Shown here piece after piece: positions 53,055 to 63,591 of a DNA stretch of 64,000 bases. A model generated the notes under the pieces. That model ran no database searches. It was not told the DNA's origin and saw only the letters and a program-made list of their open reading frames with translations. A program made the position numbers and the translations under genes. This DNA is from a candidate division FCPU426 bacterium. GTDB lineage: Bacteria > Oederibacteriota > Muellerivitia > Muellerivitales > Muellerivitaceae. The stretch spans positions 128,001-192,000 of the forward strand of contig CAVRAL010000005.1 of the NCBI GenBank assembly GCA_963719085.1, in the 5' to 3' direction. Position 1 is the first letter of the stretch, and the number at the start of each line of letters is the position of its first letter.

Positions 53055-53657
53055 ATGGGAAAAACGGGAAGGTGGATTCTAGGGCTTTGCCTGATCGCCA
53101 CCCCCGCTTTATCCCAAAGCGGGCCGGATCCCCACCCCCAGTGGATTGAGCAGATTGACGGCAGTTTTTCCGTCCCCGCCTCATCCACCCAACGCTTGGC
53201 GGACCCCGGATTGGGCGGCGACATCAATGTGGGCTACCGGTTCGATAACACCTTTAGTTTTTTTGTGGGCACCGGCTATTACCAATACGGCATCGCCCCC
53301 TCCCCGGGCGGGCAAAACGCCCAGTTGTCTTATATCCCCTTGACCGGCATTTTGCGCTTCACTTTTGGCGGAGGTTTTTTTCGCCCCTATCTCGTGGGAG
53401 GGTTTGGCGGCGCGTTAAACACCTACACCCAAACCAACCCTCCGGGAAGCCTCACGGCCCGCAGCAGCGAATCCCAAATCAATTTCTATCTCGCGCCGGG
53501 CCTGGGGGTTCTTTATGTTTTCTCAAGCGACATGGCGGTTTTTCTTCAAGCCCGGGTGGACGTGGATTTCACGTCCCACAATGGCTTGGGCGGCGAGCTC
53601 GAAAACCCTTCGGTGTTTATCCCTTTGCAAATCGGCATCAGTTTCTTCGCGGTTTGA
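53055..53657 (+). CDS. Small outer-membrane beta-barrel protein
   Basis: Signal peptide. YIPLTG...RPYLVGGFG and FIPLQIGISF. Confidence 0.8.
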   Translation: MGKTGRWILGLCLIATPALSQSGPDPHPQWIEQIDGSFSVPASSTQRLADPGLGGDINVGYRFDNTFSFFVGTGYYQYGIAPSPGGQNAQLSYIPLTGILRFTFGGGFFRPYLVGGFGGALNTYTQTNPPGSLTARSSESQINFYLAPGLGVLYVFSSDMAVFLQARVDVDFTSHNGLGGELENPSVFIPLQIGISFFAV

Positions 53658-53745
53658 TCCCGCCGTCTTGAAATTAACCGCTTGGTTCATGCATGATCAA
53701 AATAGGTTAAATGCTTTCATTATCCCGCGACATTGAGGGCATTCT

Positions 53746-56700
53746 ATGACGCCGTCCCTTTCGAGCCTTCAAGATCTTTTTCGATCCCCTTTTAAGTTCC
53801 TGCTTTCCAGCGTCCCGGAAGAACCGATCCGTTCCGAGCTTTTCAGCTTGGAGCGCTTCGATCAACATGCCCGCTCATTGGCGGCCGCCCAAACGATTTC
53901 CGACAATCCCAAATCCGGCGTTTCCCTCACCCCCCGCCTGCGGGAAAACGAGCGGGTCCTGCAGGAAGCCTTCCGGTACATCACCGGTGAAGTCCAAAAA
54001 AAGAAGCCCATCAGCCCCGCCGGCGAGTGGTTGATTGATTCCTTTTACGTGGTGGAAGAACAACTCCGGGACATCAAACGGTACCTGCCCCATAACTTTT
54101 ACAATGAGCTCCCGAAACTTTCCGATGGGTTTTTGAAAGGCTATCCCCGGGTTTACGGATTGGCTTGGGCCTATGTGGCCCATACGGACAGCCATTTCGA
54201 TCCCGATTCCTTGACCCACTTTGTGCGCTCCTACCAGCAGGTCCAGCCGCTCACCATCGGGGAAATTTGGGCCTTGGCCATTACCCTGCGCGTGGTCATG
54301 GTCGACAACTTACGCCGCATCGCCATTTACTTAGTCACCTCCCAGGAAGCCCGGCAAGAAGCCGACGCCTTCGTGGACGAGCTATTGGGCCTGATCGAGG
54401 AATCCTCCGAGGCCGGCCACCCCTCCGCGGCCAAGTTAAGGCAGCGCTCCGTCCATCCGGCCTTTTTGGTCCAACTCATCCAGCGCCTGCGCTACCAGGA
54501 CCCCGCGGGAATCCCGGCGGTGAATTGGTTGAACGAAAGGCTGGCCGCGGAAAAAACCACGGCGGAGGACCTGGTCAACTCCGTCCACAGCCGCCAGGCG
54601 GCCAACAATCTCACCGTCCGCAATATCGTGACCAGTTTCCGGTCCATGATTTCATTTGATTGGCAGATTTTTTTCGAGCAGGTCAGCCAGGTCCAGGGAA
54701 TCCTGGCCCACCATCCCCACTTCGAGAAAATGGATTTCATGACCCGCAATAGTTACCGGTCCGCGGTGGAAGAGATCGCCAAGGGGTCCCAAAAGGACGA
54801 ATCAGAGATCGCCCACCGGGCGGTCCAAAAAACCGAGGAGGCGGCCGGCGGGCCAAACCACTCGGAGCGGCTCCAGGACCCGGGCTATTACCTATTGGCC
54901 GAGGGCCGTACTGAATTCGAGAAAGAAGTGGGATTCCGGGTTCCGGTCAAAAAGCGCTTTCTGCGGCTTTGCATGGACTACCCGGCTTTGACTTATATGG
55001 GCAACGTTCTGTTGATGACTTTCGTCATCCTCATCATCGCGCTGCTTCTGAACGCCGGTCTTTCGCTTCCCGAAGCGATCCTGCTTTTCGTTTTGGGCTT
55101 TTTCCCCGCCTCCGACCTGGCCGTGAGCTGGGTCAATCGTTGGGTCACCGGCATGCTGCCTCCCCGGCATTTATCCCGCCTGGAATTCCCCGACGGCCCC
55201 CCGGCCTGGTTCCGAACCTTCGTGGTCGTCCCCACCCTGCTGGGGAAAGAAACCGAAATCTCCGAACAGATCGAGAAACTCGAGGTTCATTATCTTTCCA
55301 ATCCCGAAGGGGACGTGCGTTTCGCGCTCCTCACCGATTGGGCCGATTCGTCCGTGGAAAGCTCGCCCGAGGACGAGCGCAAACTTTCGCTGGCGCTCCA
55401 GCGGGTGGCCGACCTCAACCAAAAACACGGGCCCGCGCCCGAGGGCGGCCCCCGGTTTTTCCTTTTTCACCGCAAAAGGCTTTGGAACCCGTCCGAGGGG
55501 AAATGGATGGGATGGGAGCGAAAAAGAGGAAAACTCCACGAGTTCAACCTTCTGCTTCGGGGCGCGGTCGACACCACTTACGGCGCTTCCGCCAGCCTGC
55601 CGCCCGGCACGCGTTATGTCATCACCCTGGACGCGGACACCAAGCTTCCGCCCGGCGTGGTCACCGAACTGGTGGGAATCTTGGCCCATCCGCTCAACCA
55701 AGCCCGCCTGGATCCCCGCTCGAAAAAGGTGGTGGAAGGCTACGGCATCCTTCAACCCCGGATCACCTCTTTTTTACCCAGTGAAAATGAAAAATCCATT
55801 TTTCAAAGGCTCTTTTCCGGCGACTGCGGAATCGATCCTTACGCCTCGGCGGTTTCCGATGTTTATCAGGACCTATTTAATGAGGGAAGCTTCACGGGCA
55901 AGGGGATTTATGACGTCGACGCGTATGAAAAATCCATGGAGGGACGGATTCCTGAAAATAGTTTATTGAGCCATGATCTTTTCGAGGGCTCTTTCGCCCG
56001 GTGCGGCTACGCTAGCGACCTGGAGTTTTTCGAGGAATTTCCTTCCCACGCCGAGATTTCCACCGCCCGCAACCACCGCTGGATCCGGGGGGATTGGCAG
56101 CTTTTCCCCTGGATCTTCGGCCGGGAAGGCGCGGCGCTCTCCATCCTTTCCCGTTGGAAAATGCTCGATAACTTAAGGCGAAGCCTCTCGCCCCTGGGTA
56201 CGGTCGCCCTTCTGATCGCGGTTTTATTTCTCCCCCCCGCCAATCCGGCACTTTGGATCGGCTTGGCGCTTCTGGGAATTGGCTTCCCCTCTTTCATTTC
56301 TTTTTTTGATGACTTGGCTTTTTGGAGGCGCGCCCTGCATTGGCGGGATCAGTTGGACGAAATCAGCCGGGATTTTCTTCTCGGCGCGGGGCAGTTTACC
56401 GTCAATCTCATCCTCATCGCCAACCGGGCCTGGATGCACCTGGACGCGATCGCCCGGACGCTCTGGCGTTTATTCGTCAGTCGGCGCGATCTTCTGGAAT
56501 GGACCACCGCCGCCCAAGCGAAATCCAGCGCTTCCCTTTCAGCCTCCAGCTTCTGGCGGCGGATGAAAGGCTCAGTTTTTATCGGGGTTTTGACTGCGGC
56601 CGCGGCGGCCATCGGAAATCCAAAGGCCCTGTCCCTGGCTATCCCCTTCTCGCTTTTGTGGTTGGGCGCGCCTTGGTTCGCCCGCTTCATTAGTTTGCCC

Positions 56701-59700
56701 GGCTCCCGGGGCGTGGCGGTTCCTTTAAGCCCGGAACAGATAATGGAATTTCGGCTCTATGGCCGGCGGATTTGGCGGTTTTTCACCGATTTCACCTTGG
56801 CGGAAGATCATTATCTGCCGCCGGACAATTTCCAGGAAGACCCGGACCCCGTCCTGGCCCACCGCAGTTCCCCGACCAACTTCGGCCTTCATCTGCTCTC
56901 CATCGTCACCGCCCATGATTTTGGATGGTGCGGCTGGAGTGAAATGACGGACCGCCTTGAGGCGACCCTGGAAAGTTTGAAAGGCCTTCCCCGGTTTCGG
57001 GGGCATTTTTACAATTGGATCGAGACCCAATCCCTCCAGTTGTTGGAACCCAAATACATTTCCACCGTGGACAGCGGCAACCTGGCGGGCCATCTGCTCA
57101 CCTTGTCCCAATCCTGCCGGGACCTGACCCGCCAACCGCTTTTTTCAACCTCCGTGCTTTCGGGCATCCAGGATGTTGTCCTCCTGTTGAAAAGGGCCGC
57201 GGAAGAACTCCCGCATCATGGCCGCGCCGCGATCACTCCCTTAAGCCAGCTTCAAAAGGAAATTTCCCTCTTTGAGCTTCAAATGGCTGAAATGGATCAT
57301 TTCACCTCCCACACCAAATGGGCCGGCGCCTGGGATAAATTGGACCTACAGGCCGAGACGCTCAAAGACACGGCCCACGCCTTCGCCTCGGACCAGCGGG
57401 CGGATGAAAAAATCGAGTTGACGGTTTGGGCCGACCTGGTGGCCGCCGATGTCAAAAGCCACGCCCGGGATTTCCGGCGCTTGTTCCCCTGGGTCTACGC
57501 CCTTTCCGACAGCGCCCACCTGAGCGCCGAAACCGCCGAAGAAAAAGAATTTCAGGCTTCCATTCAAAGGCTCCTGTCCGTCGACCTGACCCTGAGCCAA
57601 GCTCCCGCTCATTGCGAGAAAGCGCTGGAGGCTTTCGAGCAATGGCGTCAATCCCGGCTCCACCAAGAAAAATCCCCCGGCGAGGACGTTTATTTCGACC
57701 AGGTGGTTGAGGCGCTGAGCCTCTCCTCCAAAAATTGCCGGCGGATGCTGGACCGGCTCAATGGGATCGCCGATCTTTCCCGGCGTTTATTCGACGAAAT
57801 GGATTTCAGCTTTTTGCTGAACCCGAAGAAAAAACTTTTCGCCATTGGCTACCGGGTCAACGAGGAGCAATTGGACGAGAGCTGTTATGACCTGCTGGCG
57901 TCCGAGTGCCGCCTGGCCAGCTATGTGTCCATCATTAAAGGGGATGTGCCGGTTTCCCATTGGTTTCGCCTGAGCCGGGGGATGGTGGCCGAGGAGGGCG
58001 AGGCGGTCTTGATGTCTTGGTCCGGTTCCATGTTTGAGTATTTGATGCCGTCCCTGGTCATGGAAACGCCCGACGGAAGTTTGCTCAACCAAACCTGTGC
58101 GCGAGTGGTCCGGCGCCAAATCGAGTACGGCAAATTTCGGGGCGTTCCCTGGGGCATCTCCGAAGCCGGGTATAACGCGCGCGACTTAAACCTCACTTAT
58201 CAATATTCCAACTTTGGCATCCCCGGCCTGGGGTTGAAACGGGGCTTGACCAAAGACCTGGTGGTGGCCCCCTACGCGACCGCCCTGGCGGCCATGGTGG
58301 ATCCCCAGGAGGCCCTGATCAACCTTAAAAAGCTTGAGCGGCTTGGCGCCCGGAGCGCTTATGGTTTTTACGAGTCCTTGGACTATACGCCGACCCGCTT
58401 GCGCGAAAACGAGCCCTTCGCCCTGGTGCGCTCCTATATGGCCCATCATCAAGGCATGTCGCTGCTTTCTTTTTCCAATGTGGTCCACAACGGCCTATTG
58501 CGGCGGCGCTTTCACATGGATCCCCTGGTTCAATCGGGCGAGCTTCTGCTTCAAGAAAGAACGCCCCGCAACCTGGGCGCCGTTCGCGACCAGGTGCGGG
58601 AGGTGGAAATCCACAGCATCCAGGAATCCGTCCCCGCCATCATCCGAAAAATCAGGTCGCCCCATCATCCCGTCCCCAGCTCCCATTTATTGTCCAACGG
58701 CCGTTACGCGCTCATGATCACCGCCGCCGGATCCGGCTACAGCCTGTGGAAAAACCGAGCGGTCACCCGGTGGCGGGAAGACGTCACCCGGGACCACACG
58801 GGAAGCTACTTTTTCCTCCGGGATATCCATAGCGGTTCGGTTTGGTCGGCGGGCTATCAGCCCACCCTGGCGGATCCGCTTCAATACCAAGCCATCTTTT
58901 CCGAGGATCGGGCAAAAATCTCGCGGCTGGACCACGCCATCACCACGGACATGGAAGTACTTGTTTCCGCGGAGGATGATGCCGAGCTGCGCCGAATTTC
59001 CCTGACCAATCACGGAACCGACGAGCGTGAAATCGAGATTACCTCTTACGCGGAAGTCGTTATCGCCTCGCCGGATTCGGACCTGGCCCATCCGGCGTTC
59101 TCGAACCTTTTTGTCCAAACCGAATATCTCCCTGAACTGGGCGCCTTGGTGGCGACCCGGCGCCCCCGGTCTTCCGGCGAAGACCGGGTCTTTGTGGCCC
59201 AAGTGCTCTCATCGGAAAACGAGCCCTTCGGGGAATTGGAATACGAGACGGACCGGGCCAAATTTATCGGCCGGGGCCGCGCGCTTCGAAAACCCCTCTC
59301 GGTCATGGACGGCCGCTCCCTTTCCAATACGGTGGGCGCGGTGCTGGACCCCATTCTCAGCCTGCGGGTCAAGGTGAGGATCCAACCGGGAGCGACGGTT
59401 AAAATTTGCTTCACCACCCTGTTGGCCCCCACCGGCATTGAGATGCTGGCCATGGTGGAAAAATACCACAACGCTTCCGCCTTTGAGCGGTCCTCCAACC
59501 TGGTCTGGACCCAATCCAAGGCCCAGCTTCATCATCTGGGAATCGAGCTGGACGAGGCCCAGCTTTTCCAAAAACTCGCCAATCGGATCCTTTTTTCCGA
59601 TCCCCTGATGCGGCCCACCAGCGAGATTTTGAAAAAGAACCGGATGAACGTGACCGGCCTCTGGTCCCGGGGGATTTCGGGGGACTTCCCCATACTTTTA

Positions 59701-62541
59701 GTCCGGATCGATGACCTGGAGGACCAGGGGATGATCCGCCAACTGCTTCGCGCCCATGAATATTGGCGGCTCAAGCGCCTGGCGGTGGACATTGTGATCT
59801 TAAATGAGAAGGCCTCGTCCTATGTGCAGGACCTCCAAACGGCCTTGGAAGGCATGGTCCGCGGAAGCGAGGCCACTTCCTCAGGGAATCCCGACCTGCT
59901 GCCGGGAAAAATTTTCGTTTTGCGGAATGACCTGTTGGATATCCGGGAAAAGAATCTTTTGCTCACCGTCGCCCGGGCCATCCTCAACAGCCGGCAAGGC
60001 ACCCTGGCCGAGCAGGTCATGCGGGTGCGTAAATTCGAGAGTTTCAAATCCATTTCCACCAAGCGGTTGGATGAAATGGAAGTCTTCCGCCTTCAAAGCC
60101 GCTCCGAATCCGCCCTGACCGTGCCTCCCTTGGAATTTTTCAACGGCATCGGGGGATTCGCCCAAGGCGGGCGGGAATACGTGATCGTCCTGGAAAAGGG
60201 CCAACACACCCCGGCGCCTTGGATCAACGTGATCGCCAACCCCGATTTCGGGTTTCAAGTGTCCGAATCGGGCGCGGGCTACACCTGGTCGGTCAATAGC
60301 CGGGAGAACCAACTCACGCCCTGGTCCAATGACCCGGTGGTGGACCCGAGCGGCGAGGCCTTCTTTATCAGCGACCTGGACTCGGGCCAGGTCTGGTGCC
60401 CCACCGCCTCCCCCATCCGCTTGGAAAACGCCACCTACATGACACGGCATGGCGCCGGTTACAGTGTTTTTGAAAATGGTTCCAACGAGATTCACAGTGA
60501 ACTTACCCAGTTCGTGGACGCCTCCGATTCGGTGAAAATCTCCCGGCTGGTTTTGGAAAACAACTCCGACCGGGTCCGGCAGTTGTCGGTGACCGGCTAT
60601 GTGGAATGGGTGCTGGGCTTTTCCCGGGTCAAAACCGCCCCCTGGATCGTCACCGAGCGGGACGGTGAAACCGGAGCTCTCTTCGCCGTCAACCCGCTCA
60701 ATTCGGAATTCGGGAACCGAACGGCCTTTATGGATTTTAACGGGACCGCGTCCGCCTGGACCTGCGACCGTTCGGAATTCATCGGGCGTAACGGAAGTTT
60801 GGAGCGGCCCGCGGCCCTGATGCGCCGGGAGAAATTAAGCGGCGCCACGGGGGCCGGCTTCGACCCCTGCGGGGTTTTGCAGGCCCAAATCCGGCTGGAA
60901 CCCGGCGAAAAAAAGCAGGTCGATTTTTTTCTCGGACAAGCCGAAGGCCGGGACCAAGCCCGGGACTTGGTGCGTAAATACCGGCATTCGAACCTGGAAT
61001 CCCGGTTTCAAACCGTGGTCCGCGGCTGGGACTCGTTCCTGGGAAAAATACAGGTTCAAACTCCCGATCGCTCGATGGACATCCTGCTCAACCACTGGCT
61101 TCTTTACCAAACCCTGGCCTGCCGTTTTTGGGCGCGGGCGGCTTTTTACCAAGCGGGGGGCGCCTTTGGATTCCGCGATCAATTACAGGATGGGATGGCC
61201 ATTGTGGCCTCCGACCCCGGACTGGCCCGTTCCCATATCCTCAAAACCGCCGCCCGGCAGTTTATTGAGGGCGACGTCCAGCATTGGTGGCATCCCCCCA
61301 TGGGCCGTGGGGTACGCACCCGAATTTCGGATGACCGCCTCTGGCTTCCTTATGTGACGCTTCACTATTTACGGGAGACCCAGGATGTCAGCATCCTCGA
61401 CGAGCCGGTCCCTTTTATTGAAGGAGCCCCGCTCAACCCCGGCCAGGACGATTCTTATTTTGAGCCGGCGGTATCCCGGGAACCGGCCTTGAGCCTTTAT
61501 GAGCATTGCGCCCGGGCCATCGATGTCAGCCTGCAAACCGGCGTCCATGACCTGCCCTTGATGGGAAGCGGCGATTGGAACGACGGGATGAACCGGGTCG
61601 GACACGGGGGAAAAGGTGAAAGTGTTTGGCTCGCTTGGTTCCTTCATGAAGTTTTGACCGAGATGGCGCCTTGGGCCAAGGATCGGGGAGAGGAAGAACG
61701 CCAGGAAATTTGGACCGCCCACGCCCAAAAACTAAAGACCGCTTTGGAAACCCAGGGCTGGGACGGCGACTGGTACAAACGCGCCTTTTTCGACGATGGT
61801 TTCCCCTTGGGCTCGAGCGAGAACATGGAATGTAAAATCGACTCCATCGCCCAAACTTGGGCTGTTTTATCCGGCGCCGGCGATCTGTCCAAATCGCTTC
61901 AAGCCATAAAGGCCGTGGAGGAGCAACTCATCCGCGCCCAGGACCATTTGGTCCTTTTATTCACCCCGCCCTTCAACCAAACCCCGAAAGATCCGGGTTA
62001 CATCAAAGGTTATGTCCCCGGGGTGCGGGAAAACGGGGGCCAATATACCCATGCCGCCATTTGGGTCGCCTGCGCTTACGCGAAGCTGGGGATGGGAAAA
62101 AAGGCCGCCGATTTGTTCGCCATGCTCAACCCCATCAACCACGCCTTGACCCGCACCCAGGTAGGCACTTATAAATCTGAACCCTATGTCATGGCCGCGG
62201 ATATTTACGCCAAAGCCCCTCACGTGGGCCGCGGAGGCTGGACCTGGTACACGGGCTCCGCCGGATGGATGGCGCGGGCCGGGATGGAATATATCTTAGG
62301 CATCCATCGGCGGGGCCCGGCGCTTTATTTTGATCCCTGCATCCCGCCGGAATGGCCCGGGTTCAAAGTCAGTTATCAACATGGATTGTCGACTTATGAA
62401 ATTCAATTTGAAAACCCCAATCACGTTTCCAAAGGCATTCAAAAAATCGAGTTGGACGGACGACCGGTCGAAGCGTCAAATGACACGGTCGAGCTAAAAG
62501 ATGATGGAAAAAATCACGCCGTCAAAGTGGTGATGGGCTGA
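53746..62541 (+). CDS. Cyclic beta-1,2-glucan synthase (Cgs/ChvB/NdvB type) with C-terminal GH94 phosphorylase region, 2931 aa
   Basis: WMGWERKRGKL, TLDADT, SHDLFEG, RWIRGDWQ, LPPDNFQE, SWSGSMFEYLMP, GFRDQLQD, GDWNDGMN and RENGGQYTHAA. Confidence 0.95.
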   Translation: MTPSLSSLQDLFRSPFKFLLSSVPEEPIRSELFSLERFDQHARSLAAAQTISDNPKSGVSLTPRLRENERVLQEAFRYITGEVQKKKPISPAGEWLIDSFYVVEEQLRDIKRYLPHNFYNELPKLSDGFLKGYPRVYGLAWAYVAHTDSHFDPDSLTHFVRSYQQVQPLTIGEIWALAITLRVVMVDNLRRIAIYLVTSQEARQEADAFVDELLGLIEESSEAGHPSAAKLRQRSVHPAFLVQLIQRLRYQDPAGIPAVNWLNERLAAEKTTAEDLVNSVHSRQAANNLTVRNIVTSFRSMISFDWQIFFEQVSQVQGILAHHPHFEKMDFMTRNSYRSAVEEIAKGSQKDESEIAHRAVQKTEEAAGGPNHSERLQDPGYYLLAEGRTEFEKEVGFRVPVKKRFLRLCMDYPALTYMGNVLLMTFVILIIALLLNAGLSLPEAILLFVLGFFPASDLAVSWVNRWVTGMLPPRHLSRLEFPDGPPAWFRTFVVVPTLLGKETEISEQIEKLEVHYLSNPEGDVRFALLTDWADSSVESSPEDERKLSLALQRVADLNQKHGPAPEGGPRFFLFHRKRLWNPSEGKWMGWERKRGKLHEFNLLLRGAVDTTYGASASLPPGTRYVITLDADTKLPPGVVTELVGILAHPLNQARLDPRSKKVVEGYGILQPRITSFLPSENEKSIFQRLFSGDCGIDPYASAVSDVYQDLFNEGSFTGKGIYDVDAYEKSMEGRIPENSLLSHDLFEGSFARCGYASDLEFFEEFPSHAEISTARNHRWIRGDWQLFPWIFGREGAALSILSRWKMLDNLRRSLSPLGTVALLIAVLFLPPANPALWIGLALLGIGFPSFISFFDDLAFWRRALHWRDQLDEISRDFLLGAGQFTVNLILIANRAWMHLDAIARTLWRLFVSRRDLLEWTTAAQAKSSASLSASSFWRRMKGSVFIGVLTAAAAAIGNPKALSLAIPFSLLWLGAPWFARFISLPGSRGVAVPLSPEQIMEFRLYGRRIWRFFTDFTLAEDHYLPPDNFQEDPDPVLAHRSSPTNFGLHLLSIVTAHDFGWCGWSEMTDRLEATLESLKGLPRFRGHFYNWIETQSLQLLEPKYISTVDSGNLAGHLLTLSQSCRDLTRQPLFSTSVLSGIQDVVLLLKRAAEELPHHGRAAITPLSQLQKEISLFELQMAEMDHFTSHTKWAGAWDKLDLQAETLKDTAHAFASDQRADEKIELTVWADLVAADVKSHARDFRRLFPWVYALSDSAHLSAETAEEKEFQASIQRLLSVDLTLSQAPAHCEKALEAFEQWRQSRLHQEKSPGEDVYFDQVVEALSLSSKNCRRMLDRLNGIADLSRRLFDEMDFSFLLNPKKKLFAIGYRVNEEQLDESCYDLLASECRLASYVSIIKGDVPVSHWFRLSRGMVAEEGEAVLMSWSGSMFEYLMPSLVMETPDGSLLNQTCARVVRRQIEYGKFRGVPWGISEAGYNARDLNLTYQYSNFGIPGLGLKRGLTKDLVVAPYATALAAMVDPQEALINLKKLERLGARSAYGFYESLDYTPTRLRENEPFALVRSYMAHHQGMSLLSFSNVVHNGLLRRRFHMDPLVQSGELLLQERTPRNLGAVRDQVREVEIHSIQESVPAIIRKIRSPHHPVPSSHLLSNGRYALMITAAGSGYSLWKNRAVTRWREDVTRDHTGSYFFLRDIHSGSVWSAGYQPTLADPLQYQAIFSEDRAKISRLDHAITTDMEVLVSAEDDAELRRISLTNHGTDEREIEITSYAEVVIASPDSDLAHPAFSNLFVQTEYLPELGALVATRRPRSSGEDRVFVAQVLSSENEPFGELEYETDRAKFIGRGRALRKPLSVMDGRSLSNTVGAVLDPILSLRVKVRIQPGATVKICFTTLLAPTGIEMLAMVEKYHNASAFERSSNLVWTQSKAQLHHLGIELDEAQLFQKLANRILFSDPLMRPTSEILKKNRMNVTGLWSRGISGDFPILLVRIDDLEDQGMIRQLLRAHEYWRLKRLAVDIVILNEKASSYVQDLQTALEGMVRGSEATSSGNPDLLPGKIFVLRNDLLDIREKNLLLTVARAILNSRQGTLAEQVMRVRKFESFKSISTKRLDEMEVFRLQSRSESALTVPPLEFFNGIGGFAQGGREYVIVLEKGQHTPAPWINVIANPDFGFQVSESGAGYTWSVNSRENQLTPWSNDPVVDPSGEAFFISDLDSGQVWCPTASPIRLENATYMTRHGAGYSVFENGSNEIHSELTQFVDASDSVKISRLVLENNSDRVRQLSVTGYVEWVLGFSRVKTAPWIVTERDGETGALFAVNPLNSEFGNRTAFMDFNGTASAWTCDRSEFIGRNGSLERPAALMRREKLSGATGAGFDPCGVLQAQIRLEPGEKKQVDFFLGQAEGRDQARDLVRKYRHSNLESRFQTVVRGWDSFLGKIQVQTPDRSMDILLNHWLLYQTLACRFWARAAFYQAGGAFGFRDQLQDGMAIVASDPGLARSHILKTAARQFIEGDVQHWWHPPMGRGVRTRISDDRLWLPYVTLHYLRETQDVSILDEPVPFIEGAPLNPGQDDSYFEPAVSREPALSLYEHCARAIDVSLQTGVHDLPLMGSGDWNDGMNRVGHGGKGESVWLAWFLHEVLTEMAPWAKDRGEEERQEIWTAHAQKLKTALETQGWDGDWYKRAFFDDGFPLGSSENMECKIDSIAQTWAVLSGAGDLSKSLQAIKAVEEQLIRAQDHLVLLFTPPFNQTPKDPGYIKGYVPGVRENGGQYTHAAIWVACAYAKLGMGKKAADLFAMLNPINHALTRTQVGTYKSEPYVMAADIYAKAPHVGRGGWTWYTGSAGWMARAGMEYILGIHRRGPALYFDPCIPPEWPGFKVSYQHGLSTYEIQFENPNHVSKGIQKIELDGRPVEASNDTVELKDDGKNHAVKVVMG

Positions 62542-62553
62542 ACTTGGCTTTAA

Positions 62554-63063
62554 CTAAAGCCGGTTCTTGGCGCCGGCTTCCGCCAGGGTCAACCAATCGA
62601 AGTATTCCCGGATTTTCACCAGCTTTCCCTGGTTCAGCTCGCCGATCAGGGTGACGGGAATCTCAAAAGGGGTCCCCGGGGCGGGCGGATGGGCCGATTT
62701 GGGCCAGTCCTTGGCGACCAAACCCCGATAGATGTACTCCAAACAAATTTTCGTTCCGGCCTCGTCGGTGAAAACACCCGCGGGCTCCGGCTCGAGCCCG
62801 GCCCCTTGGGCCCGCATGACGACCGACACGGAAGCCAGCGCCTGGATCCGGGAGGGCCCCTGGAATCTTTCGCCCGTCGCCATAATGACCCATTCCCCTT
62901 CCGCGGTGAAAAGGTTGATCAGGGCTTCCATGTCCCCTTGGACAATGGACCTCATGAATTTGTGGGTAAAATCAGCGGTTGTTTCTTTAGGACTCACTTC
63001 GGTCGCCTCACCCCACTTCACATTGACCGGTTCGGGCGGGGATTGGGGATTTGAGTTCATCAT
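62554..63063 (-). CDS. SnoaL/NTF2-like protein
   Basis: GDMEALINLF, ATGERFQG and GKLVKIREYFD. Probable start MMNSNPQ. Confidence 0.75.
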   Translation of the reverse strand: MMNSNPQSPPEPVNVKWGEATEVSPKETTADFTHKFMRSIVQGDMEALINLFTAEGEWVIMATGERFQGPSRIQALASVSVVMRAQGAGLEPEPAGVFTDEAGTKICLEYIYRGLVAKDWPKSAHPPAPGTPFEIPVTLIGELNQGKLVKIREYFDWLTLAEAGAKNRL

Positions 63064-63098
63064 GATGGTCACCTTTTGAGGATTTTTAACGACTCGGC

Positions 63099-63317
63099 TT
63101 AATTCGCCGCCGGAACCAACAAGGGAAGCCCTTGTCCATGGCGCACCCAGGCGAAATCGCCGGTCAGCACATAGACCGAGATACAAAGCAGCATCAGAAA
63201 CACAACGGCCAAAAAACGCCAATCCCGGTGCGCCCTCCGCCAATAGGGACCCCGCACTTCGGCGATCTCCGGATTGGGATAACTGGTGTGTTGGTGCTTA
63301 TATTTATGTTTCGTCAC
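63099..63317 (-). CDS. Small membrane protein
   Basis: AGAGG RBS plus GTG at 63317. YWRRAHRDWRF is followed by one transmembrane helix. Confidence 0.6.
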   Translation of the reverse strand: MTKHKYKHQHTSYPNPEIAEVRGPYWRRAHRDWRFLAVVFLMLLCISVYVLTGDFAWVRHGQGLPLLVPAAN

Positions 63318-63420
63318 GGGCAGCCTCTTCGATTGGAAGTAAAAGCCTCTCGGTAGCATCATGGACGCGCGGCCGCCGTTTGTCTCCCTAGTCCCGTAAA
63401 ATAAAACGGATAACAAAGTG

Positions 63421-63457
63421 CGATCAAAATGATTTTTTATTTTTATCACTTTGATCG
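63421..63457. promoter_or_regulatory. Paired putative enhancer (UAS) sites
   Basis: CGATCAAAATGATT (63421) and TATCACTTTGATCG (63444). Confidence 0.6.
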
Positions 63458-63526
63458 TTTGCCGGGGACCGGTCCAATTTCTGTTTCCGCGAAATGGCTT
63501 TTCGTCGATTCCCCGAGCTGAAAGTC

Positions 63527-63542
63527 AGGCACGGCACTTGCT
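63527..63542 (+). promoter_or_regulatory. sigma54 -24/-12 promoter
   Basis: AGGCACGGCACTTGCT, 50 nt before ATG 63592. Confidence 0.8.
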
Positions 63543-63591
63543 CTTCATCATCCCAACATTTAAATCCGCGCTTTATTTTGAAAGGTAACTC

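Noticed and set aside
63350..63375. sigma54 promoter for the leftward genes at 63317 and 63063
   Set aside because: The candidate lacks GG at the -24 position.
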